Part shown: piece by piece, positions 29,570 to 40,187 of the stretch
Position numbering within the stretch: position 1 is the stretch's first letter
How the letters are laid out: every line of letters starts with the position of its first letter
Source: an uncultured Pseudomonadota bacterium
GTDB lineage: Bacteria; Oederibacteriota; Muellerivitia; Muellerivitales; Muellerivitaceae
Reading direction: 5' to 3'
Assembly (NCBI GenBank): GCA_963836235.1
Contig: CAWIIP010000004.1
Coordinates: forward strand, 32,001-96,000
Length of the DNA: 64,000 nucleotides
Position numbers and translations under genes: made by a program
The notes under the pieces: model-generated
The model's input: only the letters and a program-made list of their open reading frames with translations
Told to the model about the DNA's origin: nothing
The model's database searches: none

Positions 29570-30463
29570 ATGGCTGAAAGCGATCGGCTGGCTGACCGGT
29601 TCCAGGAGAACCGCTCCCATTTACGGACCTTGGCCTACCGGATTCTGGGCTCCAATGGGGAAGCCGATGACGCGGTCCAAGAGGCCTGGCTCCGCCTGAC
29701 GCGCTCGGACGTTCAAGCGATCGAAAACCTGGGTGGGTGGCTTACGACCGTGACGGCCCGGGTTTGCCTGGATATGTTGAGATCGCGCAAAACCCGGAAA
29801 GAAGAATCCATCCAAGAGAATATTTTGGAAATGCCGGAAAACCCCAGCGCTCCCAATCCGGCGGATGAGGCCCTGCTGGCCGACTCCGTGGGTTCGGCCC
29901 TCTTGATCATCCTTCGCAGCCTGACGCCCGCCGAGCGGGTCGCCTTTGTTCTGCACGACATGTTTGACCTGCCTTTCGATGAAATCGCTCCGATCGTGGG
30001 CCGGTCTGAACCGGCGGTGAGGCAGCTCGCCAGCCGCGCCCGCCGCAGGGTCCGGGGAGGCGGGGAAAGCCGGGAGGACGAGGGAAAAAAACGGGAGATC
30101 GTCTCGGCCTTCCTGGCCGCCTCCCGGGAGGGACATTTCGACGCCCTGCTTCAATTACTCGACCCTGAAGTCCTGTTGGACGCGGATGACACCGCCGTCA
30201 AAATCACCACGGCCAACAAAGACAAGGGCGCGCCGCCTTTCCAAAGCCGCATGCGAGGCATGCGAAAGGTCGCCGAAACCTTCAAGGGCCGGGCTGTGGC
30301 CGCCCAACTGGCCCTTATCGACGGCTCGGTGGGAACCACCTGGATCGGCGGCGGAAAACCCAGGGTAGCTTTCCTGTTCGCGATCGAGAAGGGGAAGATC
30401 CGGGAAATCAACGTGGTCATGGACCCCGAGGATTTGGGCAAAATGAAAATCGAGCTTCTGTAA
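29570..30463 (+). CDS. ECF sigma factor with C-terminal SnoaL-like extension (ECF41/SigJ-like)
   Basis: AYRILGS..EADDAVQEAWLR, ERVAFVLHDMF, RQLASRARRRVR, AFLAASR.G.FDALL.LLDP. Confidence 0.9.
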   Translation: MAESDRLADRFQENRSHLRTLAYRILGSNGEADDAVQEAWLRLTRSDVQAIENLGGWLTTVTARVCLDMLRSRKTRKEESIQENILEMPENPSAPNPADEALLADSVGSALLIILRSLTPAERVAFVLHDMFDLPFDEIAPIVGRSEPAVRQLASRARRRVRGGGESREDEGKKREIVSAFLAASREGHFDALLQLLDPEVLLDADDTAVKITTANKDKGAPPFQSRMRGMRKVAETFKGRAVAAQLALIDGSVGTTWIGGGKPRVAFLFAIEKGKIREINVVMDPEDLGKMKIELL

Positions 30464-30790
30464 AATCAAAAAAGATCAGAATTTAAAGTGAAGACTTGAC
30501 GAATAGGGGTTAGGTATAAGTTGTGAAATAGGGATTCTGAAATTTTTCCACGAGATTCTTTACCTCTTCTTTACCCGTTTCGGGAACCTTTTTTTAAAAA
30601 AAAAGGTAATCTTAAAAGACTTGGAGAAATTAATTTTAAAAAAAGATATTGCCGGGAATTTATTTTTTAATATTCCGGCGGGCCGGTGAGTTTATTTTAA
30701 ACACACCTTTCTTGCCCGTTGGTTTCCTTCGCGGGGGCGGATAAATTCCACCGGTCTTTTTTTCGATAATCAAAATTTAATGAGGAACGC

Positions 30791-33700
30791 ATGAAACGCC
30801 ATCCTCCCATTCGAAACGTTTTCATGGCCCTAGGCTTTCTTAGTCTCGCGGGTTTGGGGACCGCCCCCCTTTCCCCTCTCAAAAATGTTTCCCGTAAAAC
30901 CCCTGCCCGGCTTGCGCCCTCCCAACCCCTCCACCAGGTGGCCAATTACGGCAACCTGCCCCTGGCCTTTGAGCCCAATCAGGGCCAAACCGACCCCCAA
31001 GTCCAGTTTCTCTCGCGCGGAAGGGGCTACATTCTTTTTATTACTCCCCAAGGAGCGATCCTCTCGCTTAAAAAACCAAAGGCTCTCCCGCAAAAGTTAA
31101 CGGCTAAGGGGTCCCGGCGCGGGGCCAAGGCCCTTCCTACGCAGGACAACTCGCCCCCCACCGTCTTGCGCTTGGAAACGGAGGGAGCCCAACCCGGCGT
31201 GAAATTCGAAAGCCAGGAAAAGCTTCCCGGCGTCTCCAATTATTTCATCGGCAAGGACCCTTCCAAATGGATCAAGGGAGTCCCCCAATATTCCAAGGTG
31301 ACCGCCCGGGAACTTTATCCCGGCGTGGATATGGTTTATTACGGAAACCAGGGGAAGCTGGAATATGATTTCGTCGTCCAGCCGGGGGCGGACCCCGGCG
31401 CCATCCGCCTGGGGATAAAGGGAGCGCAGGGTGTCCAGGTGAACAGCCAGGGGGATTTGGAACTGGGGACGAAACAAGGGACGGTGGTTTTCCGGGCGCC
31501 CACGGTGTACCAGGAAACCGGGGGGGTGAAAAGCCCGGTGACGGGCCGCTACAAGCTAAAGGAGGGAAACAAGGTTGGTTTTGAGGTGGAAGATTATGAC
31601 GCTACCAAGCCCCTGGTGATTGACCCAATCCTGGATTATTCCACTTACCTGGGCGGGATCTACACGGACTGGGCCTATGGCGTGGCGGCGGATTCATTGG
31701 GGGATGCCTATATCACCGGCAGCACCCAGTCCACCGACTTTCCAACCACGGCTGGGGCCTACCAAACCACTTTGGGGGGGACCGGGAACGCCTTCATCAC
31801 CGAGTTTGACCCCTCCGGCACCGCCTTGGTCTTTTCCGACTACCTGGGTGGAAACGGTTCTGATACGGGCTGGTCCATCGCCTTGGATTCATCGGCCGAT
31901 ATCTTCGTAACAGGCCAAACCAATTCCACTAATTTTCCCACCACCTCTAATGCGGTCCAGGCTACTTTGAATGGCGCCGTAAACGCCTTCGTGACCAAGC
32001 TCCCGCCCGGGGGCGGCGCCTTGGACTACTCCACTTACCTGGGTGGTTCCGGATCCGACTACGGTTATGCGATCGCCGTGGACTCTTGCGGGAATCTTTA
32101 CGTCACGGGGTCAACTTCCTCCCCCAATTTCCCCTTGCTCAACCCCATCCAAAGTACCCTGGGCTCTGCTTCGGGCGGCAATGCCTTCGTCACTAAGATC
32201 AACGCCGGGAGCGCATTGGCATACTCCACTTACCTCGGCGGCAGCGGAAACAATGGGGATATTGGCTATGCCATCGCGGTGGACGACGGCGGTGACGCCT
32301 GGGTGACGGGCTCTACGGCTTCGTCCGATTTCCCCATCGTCAACGCCTTTCAGTCCACGTTCGGAGGCAATCAAAACGGCTTTATCACCGAAGTCAACGC
32401 GGCTGGCACCGCCTGGGTCTATTCCACCTATCTCGGCGGCTTGTCGCAAACCAGCTACTTAACCTTGCAAACCGGCGGCCACGTATTCGATATTTGCTAC
32501 GGCATTGCTTTGGACGGAAGCCAGAACATTTACGTGGCGGGGTACACCACCTCGCCGAACTTTCCCACCCTGAACCCCATCCAACCCACCAACACGAACC
32601 CCTTTGGGATGGGTTTCGTGTCCGAGCTGGCCGCCGGGGGGGCGTCGCTGGTCTATTCCACCTATTTGGGGGGGACTGGAGACAGCGCCGTTGGCACCCA
32701 GGACGAAGCGAATGGCATCCGGGTCGATGGAAGCGGAAACGCCTATGTGGCGGGCGAAACCGGTTCCTTTGATTTCCCCACGGTCAACCCCCTCCAGTCG
32801 ACCGATTTACAACCAAAGGCGAAAGGGAACAACACCACTTTCGTGACCATAGTGGCCGCCCAGGGAACGTCCTATCTTTTTTCCACCTACTGGGGCGGCT
32901 CGATTGAAGATGGGGCTGAGGCCCTGGCATTGGATCCGGCGAACAATATCTACGTCGCGGGCTATAGCTTTTCCAACGATTTCCCCGTGACGAACGCTCT
33001 CCAGGCGGGTTTGGCAGGGGTCATTGATGCCGTTATTTTTAAGATCGCCCAGTCCCCCTCCACCGCGACGGGCACGAATCCGGTGGTGCGGGTTGGCTCC
33101 ACCGCTCCATCCCCTCCTATCACGACAGTGGGGCAGGGGGCCACCAACGTGCCGGTATTGCAGGTGAGCGTTTCCAACCAAAGCGTGGAAACGGTGCAAT
33201 TGACTGGTGCGACCTTGACCGAATCGGGGACAGGTCTTGCCGCAACGGGAATCGCCTCCTTAACGGTTTATGTGATCGTAGGCGGGTCACCCGTGTCTAT
33301 AGGGCAGGTTTCCTCGCCTTTTTCCTTGTCCAACAGTACAACGGTGCCCCTGCCCAACCTTAATCTTCCTCCCTCATCCGCCCAGACCATCCTGGTGACT
33401 TTTAACTTCAGTCCCGCGGCTTCCCTGGGCACTTATACTTTAAGCCTCGCCAATTCCTGCGCATTATCCGGCCAGGGCTTGACCTCGGGCAAGGGCATCC
33501 AATCGACGGGAGCACCGGTGAACGGGGCGGTCTTGACGGTGGTCCCACCCACGGCCACTTTCACCGCGACCTCCACCCCCACGGCGACGAGCACTCCCTC
33601 CACCATGGCAACGCCTACCCGCACTTATACTCCGTCTTCCACTCCCACCTTCACCCCTACGGTTACCATCACATCGACGGCTACTCCCACCCCAACCCAT

Positions 33701-34015
33701 TCCCCCACGGCCACGCCCGTGGTCAACTCCGTCACCATCGGCTACCCTTACCCCGACCCCGTCACCGGCCCCGGGGTTGTTTCCATGCCCGTCACCGCCC
33801 CCGCGGGTTCCACCGCCCATTGGGCCGTCTTTACGGTGGGTTTCCGGAAAGTTTATGAGAATACCCAAAACCTCCCCGGTACCAGTGGCACCTTGTCCTG
33901 GAACCAGGAGGACAGCTGGGGTTCCCCCGTGTCCAACGGGCTTTATTACATCCGCGTTGAGGTTGCGGGACAGGATTCCGGTACGAAAATTGTGAAGGTC
34001 CTGGTGATCCGGTAA
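30791..34015 (+). CDS. Secreted SBBP beta-propeller protein with extra Ig-like domain, Thr/Pro linker and C-terminal sorting-like domain
   Basis: FEPNQGQTD, YSTYLGG repeats, YPDP...NGLYY...KVLVIR. Confidence 0.88.
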   Translation: MKRHPPIRNVFMALGFLSLAGLGTAPLSPLKNVSRKTPARLAPSQPLHQVANYGNLPLAFEPNQGQTDPQVQFLSRGRGYILFITPQGAILSLKKPKALPQKLTAKGSRRGAKALPTQDNSPPTVLRLETEGAQPGVKFESQEKLPGVSNYFIGKDPSKWIKGVPQYSKVTARELYPGVDMVYYGNQGKLEYDFVVQPGADPGAIRLGIKGAQGVQVNSQGDLELGTKQGTVVFRAPTVYQETGGVKSPVTGRYKLKEGNKVGFEVEDYDATKPLVIDPILDYSTYLGGIYTDWAYGVAADSLGDAYITGSTQSTDFPTTAGAYQTTLGGTGNAFITEFDPSGTALVFSDYLGGNGSDTGWSIALDSSADIFVTGQTNSTNFPTTSNAVQATLNGAVNAFVTKLPPGGGALDYSTYLGGSGSDYGYAIAVDSCGNLYVTGSTSSPNFPLLNPIQSTLGSASGGNAFVTKINAGSALAYSTYLGGSGNNGDIGYAIAVDDGGDAWVTGSTASSDFPIVNAFQSTFGGNQNGFITEVNAAGTAWVYSTYLGGLSQTSYLTLQTGGHVFDICYGIALDGSQNIYVAGYTTSPNFPTLNPIQPTNTNPFGMGFVSELAAGGASLVYSTYLGGTGDSAVGTQDEANGIRVDGSGNAYVAGETGSFDFPTVNPLQSTDLQPKAKGNNTTFVTIVAAQGTSYLFSTYWGGSIEDGAEALALDPANNIYVAGYSFSNDFPVTNALQAGLAGVIDAVIFKIAQSPSTATGTNPVVRVGSTAPSPPITTVGQGATNVPVLQVSVSNQSVETVQLTGATLTESGTGLAATGIASLTVYVIVGGSPVSIGQVSSPFSLSNSTTVPLPNLNLPPSSAQTILVTFNFSPAASLGTYTLSLANSCALSGQGLTSGKGIQSTGAPVNGAVLTVVPPTATFTATSTPTATSTPSTMATPTRTYTPSSTPTFTPTVTITSTATPTPTHSPTATPVVNSVTIGYPYPDPVTGPGVVSMPVTAPAGSTAHWAVFTVGFRKVYENTQNLPGTSGTLSWNQEDSWGSPVSNGLYYIRVEVAGQDSGTKIVKVLVIR

Positions 34016-34566
34016 AGTCCTAAATGGATCATTTAAAATCAAAAACTTTACCCTGTAAAAAACGCAACTCAACCACTTCAAAAACAGAGGCCGCCTTCGG
34101 GGATAAGTTCAATCATTTCACTTCCTTCTTTGGTAAGCGGGATAGAGGAGGTGGAGGGGTGCTGAAGTTGAACCTCCTACGATGCTAGGAATGCACATTA
34201 TCGGTTCCCATTAAATGTTCCTGGGGTATCCCAGTGGGTGGGAAAGGGAATCTGTAAAATTACCGATTTCTTTCCTTTTTACCCTTGGAGGACCACGGGA
34301 TTTTTGGCGTAGCCTGCCTGTCGAGTTTCCAGGTAGTCGCATAGGATCAAAACTTTCGCTAAACGTTCTAATGAATTTTCAAAACAGACGTCAGTTTTAT
34401 TAATAAATAAAATCAGAATAAATCCGCCTGCCTTTACCGCATCTTTACCATCCCAAACCCATTTTTAAATGGGATGAGAGATAAAATTTAGTAAACCAAC
34501 CACAGCTTTCTATGCCCTTGGAAGATTTGGAGAGTTGGACAAAATTAATGCGGATGCGAAAACCGA

Positions 34567-37500
34567 TTGAAGTCGGTTGAGAGAGATATTATGTACGACG
34601 AAAAGAAGCTTAAAACTACTTCCGTTGAAGGCGAAGTTTTTCCTACTGAAAAATATTTTCTTCATGCTCCTGAAAAGGGCAGGCCAGTTTTTGCGAGTCG
34701 ATTGAAAGCCCAGCCGATTCCTAAACCGAAGCTTTCCTTGATCCCCGAGAACTTACTTCAAGGCCGAATTTTAACGAATGTTTTTTGGATAAGACTGGCC
34801 GTGTTTTCCACCCTCTTTTTCCTGGCAACCTGCGGGAACTTGTTCGCCCAAGGTTGGTCAACCGTGGGATCCAAATGCTTCAGCCCGGGAGCGGCGTACC
34901 AACAATCGCTCGCGGGCTGCAATGGCAATCTATATTTAGCTTTTTACGACGCTGCGAACCCCGGCCTAAGCGTTCAGACCTACAACGGAAGCGGTTGGGT
35001 ATACGTGGGGTCCCCAGGTTTCGGGAACATGACCACAAGCGTTCGCAATTCCGCGACCGGGTATCCCGAATTGGTGTTAGATCCCGTCTCGTGCCAGCCT
35101 TACGTGGTTTTTTTGGACAACACGACGAATGTTGTCACGGTCGAAACGTTCACAGGGGGCACTTGGGTTAAACTTGGAACCGTCAACGCGGCAACAGACT
35201 ATGGCCCCTCGCTTGTTATCTACAACGGCACTCCCTATGTATCTTTTGGGAGCGGAGGATCCGAATACGTCGAGAAATGGAATGGAACCAGTTGGGTTAT
35301 TGTTGGAAGCCCCATCCCCGTCGGGGACAGCACCACTCAAACTTCACTCGCGGTCGATCCCGCCACGGGTACGCTTTACTTAACCTATGGAACGGGCCCC
35401 AGTCCCGTTTGGAAATTTAACGGGACGAGTTGGGTTCAAGTCGGAAACAACGTTTCCTTTTCCAATGGAATCCTGGGTAATAAAGCCCTGCAGATTTGTG
35501 GTGGCGAGCCTTACCTTGTCTATGAAACGAGCGCTGGCGGCGGCGGTGGAGGCGCCGGCAATCGACAGGTATATGTTCAGACGTTTAACGGGACGAGTTG
35601 GGTTACTTTGGGGGGTGGGTCTATTTCTTCCGATGATATCGAATGGCCAAGCCTGGCCTTCTGTACCCAGTGCGGAACTTGTGTTCCCTTTGTGTCCGTT
35701 GACGAGGAGACCGCCCTCACCGTAGGGGTCTACGAGTTCCTGAGTGGTTCTTGGATCAATATCGGGGCTCTTCCCCAAGGTTCGGGGGATGTGGAATACA
35801 CATCCCTTTATCTTGACGCCAACTGCAAGGGCTATGTCGCTTTTATGGATGCCACTTGTAGCAATCAGAACACCGTTTATTCATCGCCGTTTCCGTTGGT
35901 TTGTCCGAGCACGCCCACGCCCACGCGCACGACCACGTTCACACCCACGCGTACGGCCACGCGTACACCCACATTCACGACTACGTCCACGATCACATCC
36001 TCAACCACCGCCACGACCACCGCCACGACCACAAACTCGGCCACCGCCGTATTCACAACCACACCCACCAATACCCCGACCCTGATACCTACTCACACCG
36101 CTACCGCGGTGCCTCCAACCCTTACGCCCACCTACACCCCTAGTCCGCTACCGACGGCCACCGCTATCGCGCATGCGCCCACCTCGACACCCACGAATAC
36201 CTCTACTGCTTTAAGCACGGCCATTGCTTCCGCTGTGACGGGCCCCAGCGATACCCCCACAATCGATCCTACGCCAGTGAACACCTCTGTGGCTTCCGCT
36301 GTGACAGGCCCCAGTGACACACCTACCATTGACCCGACACCGGTAAATACGATTGTGTCTACAGTAGTGACAGGGCCTACGGATACGCCGACCACAGACC
36401 CCACCCCGGTGAATACGATTGTGTCTACGGTAGTGACGGGTCCTACCAATACGCCGACGATTGACCCTACGCCGGCGACCACAATTGTGTCCACGGTGGT
36501 GACAGGACCCACAAATACACCGACCACAGACCCGACACCGGCGAATACCAGCGTTTCTACGGTAGGAACGGGTCCTACTAACACACCGACGATTGACCCG
36601 ACGCCAGCGAATACTACGGTTTCAACCGTTGGGACGGGACCAACTAATACGGCGACCATTGATCCGACACCGGCGAATACGAGCGTGTCTACGGTTGGAA
36701 CGGGTCCTACCAACACACCGACGATTGACCCGACACCGGCAAGCACTACGGTTTCTACGGTTGGGACAGGGCCAACCAATACGCCGACCATTGATCCCAC
36801 GCCTGCGAATACGAGCGTGTCAACAGTCGGGATACACTCTACCAATACACCGACTATCGACCCAACTCCGGAAAGTACTAGCGTGTCTACGGTTGGAGCG
36901 GGTTCTACCGACACACCGACGATTGACCCGACACCAGCGAGTACCAAGGTTTCAACAGTTGGGACGGGACCTACCAATACACCCGTGAATACCTTGACGA
37001 CAGTAACCACGGTCGTATCTACGGTTATAACCGGGCCTACAAACACGCCTACTATCGACCCGACACCGGCGAATACGAGCGTGTCGACGGTTGGAACGGG
37101 TCCAACCAACACACCGACGATTGACCCGACTCCAGCGAACACAACGCTTTCAACAGTTGGGACAGGACCTACCAATACACCCGTGAATACCTTGACGGCG
37201 GTGAACACGGTCGTATCTACGGTTGTAATTGGGCCTACAAACACGCCTACCATTGACCCGACGCCAGTGAATACTGCCATATCCACGGTTCAAGCGGGCC
37301 CTACCGATACACCCACCATTGACCCAACACCGGTAAATACGATTGTGTCCACAGTGGTGACGGGGCCAACGAATACTGTCACTGACACATTTACTCCGGT
37401 GGATACCGTTGTTTCAACGGTTGGAGCTATGGCCACCAATACTCCAACCAACAGCTTCACGCCAATGAACACCCCAACGGTCACCAACACTCATATCCCA

Positions 37501-38949
37501 ACAAGCACCCCGGTCGCGACTGATACGGCGACGTCTACCGACACAGGTGTTCCCACCCGAACCTACACGGATACGCCTACGCCAGCCTTCACCTTCACTA
37601 TTACCAATACGCCGACTATCACCTTTACGGTGACGCCGACTCCCACTTTCCAAGTGACGATGAATAAGATGGTGTCTTCCGCCGCGGCGGAATCGGGGAA
37701 CATCCTGACTTATTTCTTGAACCTGGTCGTGACGGGCAATACGGCTTCCGGAGTGGTGGTGACGGACACCCTTCCGGCCAATGTGACTTACGTTGGTTCC
37801 GGGCCTAACAACCCTTCAACCCTCCCCACGCCGCTGGTGAATAGTACGCTGGATCAATTGACCTGGGTTTTGCCCCTCCTCAATCCAGGGACTTACCAGC
37901 TTAGATATCAAACCCAAGTTAATAATTTCCTGGCGAATGGGACCCAAATCCTTAACCAAGCGGTCATGACCTATCCGGGATCGGTTCCGGTGACGAGCGT
38001 GGTGCCCGTGGTGGTGGTGGCCAATGACGTCGTGATCATCGCGGTGTACAACGAGGCGGGTGAACTGGTGAATCAGATATACACGAATAACGAATCCCAA
38101 CCCCTCCAGACCGTTTCTATCGGAGGCAACAGCGACGTGACGTCCATCAACGGCCCGGGCGGGGCGGTAACGGTTTATTACGCGGGCACGGCGGTCGCGG
38201 TTTGGAACGGGGCTAATGCCAACGGAACGCCGGCTTCCAATGGCACCTACTTCCTTAAAGTGGACAATATCAACAGTAGTGGCGCGGTATCCAGCGAAAC
38301 CCTTCCGGTGGTCGTAACCCGAGCCCTCTATCAGATAACGGCCTTGATTTACAACGAAGCGGGGGAGGTCATGCGGCACCTTTATGCCTATGTTTCCAAT
38401 ATCGGGCAGACTACCGTTACCGGTATGAGCCTTTCCACTTCGACGATAGCCCCCTCCGAGACGGGGTTGGGAGGAGGCGCGCCATCCCAATTGGAGATCC
38501 TCTTAAGCAACGGGACCACGATTATTTGGGACGGGAGGAGCGACAACGGAAACTTCGTGCAAAGCGGCCAGTATATCGTGGAAGTCAATAACCAAGACGC
38601 CGGCATGGGCACGGGGACACTCCTCATCCAACACGTGTTCGTGGATGACCGCAACAGCTCCGCCGGGGCGGGGGTGATCACCGCCTGGCCGAATATTTTG
38701 AAAGCTTCAAGTGGCTCAATGGTAACGACCTTCCATACAAACTCCTCCTTAAGCCTGACCCTGAACCTGTCCATTTATACGGTAACAGGTGAACTGGTTC
38801 ATGTAAGCAATGGCAGCCAAGGAGGCAGTCAGGTCGCATGGGATGCCACCGGGTTGGCCAGTGGAATCTATATCGCCTCCGTGGAAGAGCTGGACGCCAG
38901 GGGTGGTTTGCTGAACCGCCAGACGGTCAAAATCGCGATCATCCACTGA
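34567..38949 (+). CDS. Large surface protein: Cys-containing propeller head, Thr-rich repeat stalk, DUF11-like domain, FlgD-like Ig domains, C-terminal sorting-like domain (start TTG 34567 or ATG 34591)
   Basis: WNGTSW repeats; 22-aa repeats; VVVTDTLPANVTYV; YNEAGE..V twice; WPN...IYTVTGELV...ASGIY...KIAIIH. Confidence 0.85.
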   Translation: MKSVERDIMYDEKKLKTTSVEGEVFPTEKYFLHAPEKGRPVFASRLKAQPIPKPKLSLIPENLLQGRILTNVFWIRLAVFSTLFFLATCGNLFAQGWSTVGSKCFSPGAAYQQSLAGCNGNLYLAFYDAANPGLSVQTYNGSGWVYVGSPGFGNMTTSVRNSATGYPELVLDPVSCQPYVVFLDNTTNVVTVETFTGGTWVKLGTVNAATDYGPSLVIYNGTPYVSFGSGGSEYVEKWNGTSWVIVGSPIPVGDSTTQTSLAVDPATGTLYLTYGTGPSPVWKFNGTSWVQVGNNVSFSNGILGNKALQICGGEPYLVYETSAGGGGGGAGNRQVYVQTFNGTSWVTLGGGSISSDDIEWPSLAFCTQCGTCVPFVSVDEETALTVGVYEFLSGSWINIGALPQGSGDVEYTSLYLDANCKGYVAFMDATCSNQNTVYSSPFPLVCPSTPTPTRTTTFTPTRTATRTPTFTTTSTITSSTTATTTATTTNSATAVFTTTPTNTPTLIPTHTATAVPPTLTPTYTPSPLPTATAIAHAPTSTPTNTSTALSTAIASAVTGPSDTPTIDPTPVNTSVASAVTGPSDTPTIDPTPVNTIVSTVVTGPTDTPTTDPTPVNTIVSTVVTGPTNTPTIDPTPATTIVSTVVTGPTNTPTTDPTPANTSVSTVGTGPTNTPTIDPTPANTTVSTVGTGPTNTATIDPTPANTSVSTVGTGPTNTPTIDPTPASTTVSTVGTGPTNTPTIDPTPANTSVSTVGIHSTNTPTIDPTPESTSVSTVGAGSTDTPTIDPTPASTKVSTVGTGPTNTPVNTLTTVTTVVSTVITGPTNTPTIDPTPANTSVSTVGTGPTNTPTIDPTPANTTLSTVGTGPTNTPVNTLTAVNTVVSTVVIGPTNTPTIDPTPVNTAISTVQAGPTDTPTIDPTPVNTIVSTVVTGPTNTVTDTFTPVDTVVSTVGAMATNTPTNSFTPMNTPTVTNTHIPTSTPVATDTATSTDTGVPTRTYTDTPTPAFTFTITNTPTITFTVTPTPTFQVTMNKMVSSAAAESGNILTYFLNLVVTGNTASGVVVTDTLPANVTYVGSGPNNPSTLPTPLVNSTLDQLTWVLPLLNPGTYQLRYQTQVNNFLANGTQILNQAVMTYPGSVPVTSVVPVVVVANDVVIIAVYNEAGELVNQIYTNNESQPLQTVSIGGNSDVTSINGPGGAVTVYYAGTAVAVWNGANANGTPASNGTYFLKVDNINSSGAVSSETLPVVVTRALYQITALIYNEAGEVMRHLYAYVSNIGQTTVTGMSLSTSTIAPSETGLGGGAPSQLEILLSNGTTIIWDGRSDNGNFVQSGQYIVEVNNQDAGMGTGTLLIQHVFVDDRNSSAGAGVITAWPNILKASSGSMVTTFHTNSSLSLTLNLSIYTVTGELVHVSNGSQGGSQVAWDATGLASGIYIASVEELDARGGLLNRQTVKIAIIH
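36247..37434 (+). repeat. 18 tandem 66-bp (22-aa) coding repeats
   Basis: Consensus TNTPTIDPTPANTSVSTVGTGP, counted in the translation; period is exact without indels. Confidence 0.9.
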
Positions 38950-39000
38950 AATTCCAAAATTCGTAAGTTGATTTGGAAGTTTGATTTCAATTGGCTTGAT

Positions 39001-39354
39001 TTAAACCAGCGCCTTTTCCCGCCGTTTTGAGGCTCTTTTTCTTTGGTGGGGTGTTGGGACGGGTACCTGGGCGGGGATGACGGGTTGCGGGGGCTGGATC
39101 ATCGCCTCCGGCTCCTCTTCCGGCAACCGATTCTTCCATGCCTTCCAGAACAACCCTACCTCAAAAGCCAGCATGGCCAAGATCATCAGAATGGATAAAG
39201 CCATCGAGAGATGAACCGAGTCGGGGCCGGTCGTTTCGGCGGCAAAAGCCGATGAGGTCCAAAAACCAAACATCGCCAATCGACTGCCAATGGTGAACCG
39301 CGACCTTGAAAGAATTCTTCCCATGCCCGCACCTCCGATTCTGTGATTTTGCAT
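39001..39354 (-). CDS. Small membrane protein (start uncertain)
   Basis: Signal-like segment (SAFAAE), one TM, Pro-rich and basic tail. Confidence 0.55.
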   Translation of the reverse strand: MQNHRIGGAGMGRILSRSRFTIGSRLAMFGFWTSSAFAAETTGPDSVHLSMALSILMILAMLAFEVGLFWKAWKNRLPEEEPEAMIQPPQPVIPAQVPVPTPHQRKRASKRREKALV

Positions 39355-39700
39355 TTTTGATTTTTTTGATTATGGAGAGGGAAGCGGATAAATTGAAAGG
39401 CCGGCTCGGAAAAATTCCCAGGGAAAATTGCGTCCATAAAACCGATTTCCGTTTGAGGAAAAAACTTGCTAAAAATGAATCGTTAAAACCAAATTGATTT
39501 TTGGTGAAATTTTTTTATGCTGATCCAAGAAAATGGTCCCCGCCTCATTTTGGATTAGAGTAATCGAAGAACCTGAATTGCGAGTATCCGGGGTTGAAAA
39601 AACAAGAATGCTGGACAAGGATATATTAGTTATTCAACTCTCTACCAAACCAAACCAAGGATCCAAAAGAAATAATCTTCACGATGGATCAGGAGGCCAA

Positions 39701-40132
39701 ATGCCCGCGACCCAGGAAGAAAAGACCAAACACGTTGAAATACTGCTTGCGGAGGACAATCCCACTGACGCCTATCTCATCCGGGAGCTCCTCAAACGCA
39801 GCAAATATTCGGTCCACTTGTCGGTGGTTTACAACGGGGCGAAGGCATTGGCCTACCTCCAACACGAAGGCCCTTACCTCGGCGCGCCCGATCCGGACCT
39901 GGTCCTGCTTGATTTGGATCTGCCGAAAATAACCGGGTGGGATGTGCTCGGGAATATGAAGCAGGACCCCCAGATGAGCCAAATCCCGGTGCTGGTAGTT
40001 ACCGCCTCCGACAGCGAAAAGGACAAATGGCGGGCCCACGCCTTGGGGGCGGATGAGTACCTGGTTAAACCGATGAATATGTTCGAGTTTCCCAGCCTGG
40101 TCTGGACCGTCGACCGGCTGGTGGGGGATTGA
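39701..40132 (+). CDS. Stand-alone response regulator receiver (Rcp1/CheY-like)
   Basis: ILLAEDN, PDLVLLDLDLP, VVTAS, YLVKP; AGGAGG before ATG 39701 favours this start over 39533. Confidence 0.9.
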   Translation: MPATQEEKTKHVEILLAEDNPTDAYLIRELLKRSKYSVHLSVVYNGAKALAYLQHEGPYLGAPDPDLVLLDLDLPKITGWDVLGNMKQDPQMSQIPVLVVTASDSEKDKWRAHALGADEYLVKPMNMFEFPSLVWTVDRLVGD

Positions 40133-40187
40133 TTCCAAGCTCGGGACGGCCTGGTCTTTGTGACTTAACCGGATTAGGGAACCGGAA

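Noticed and set aside
30586-30607. ACC-T7-A9-GGT palindrome as a phase-variable tract
   Set aside because: Low-complexity AT run with no identifiable promoter geometry.
34449-34480. c-di-GMP-I riboswitch (CAAACCCATTTTTAAATGGGATG)
   Set aside because: Lacks the GNRA loop, the GACGCAAAG segment and the second stem.
36132-37286. 384-aa Val/Gly-rich minus-strand ORF and similar antisense ORFs (e.g. 10987-11928, 44707-45699)
   Set aside because: Shadow frames of well-supported genes on the opposite strand.
39533-39700. N-terminal extension of the response regulator
   Set aside because: Strong RBS at ATG 39701; the extension has no recognisable domain.
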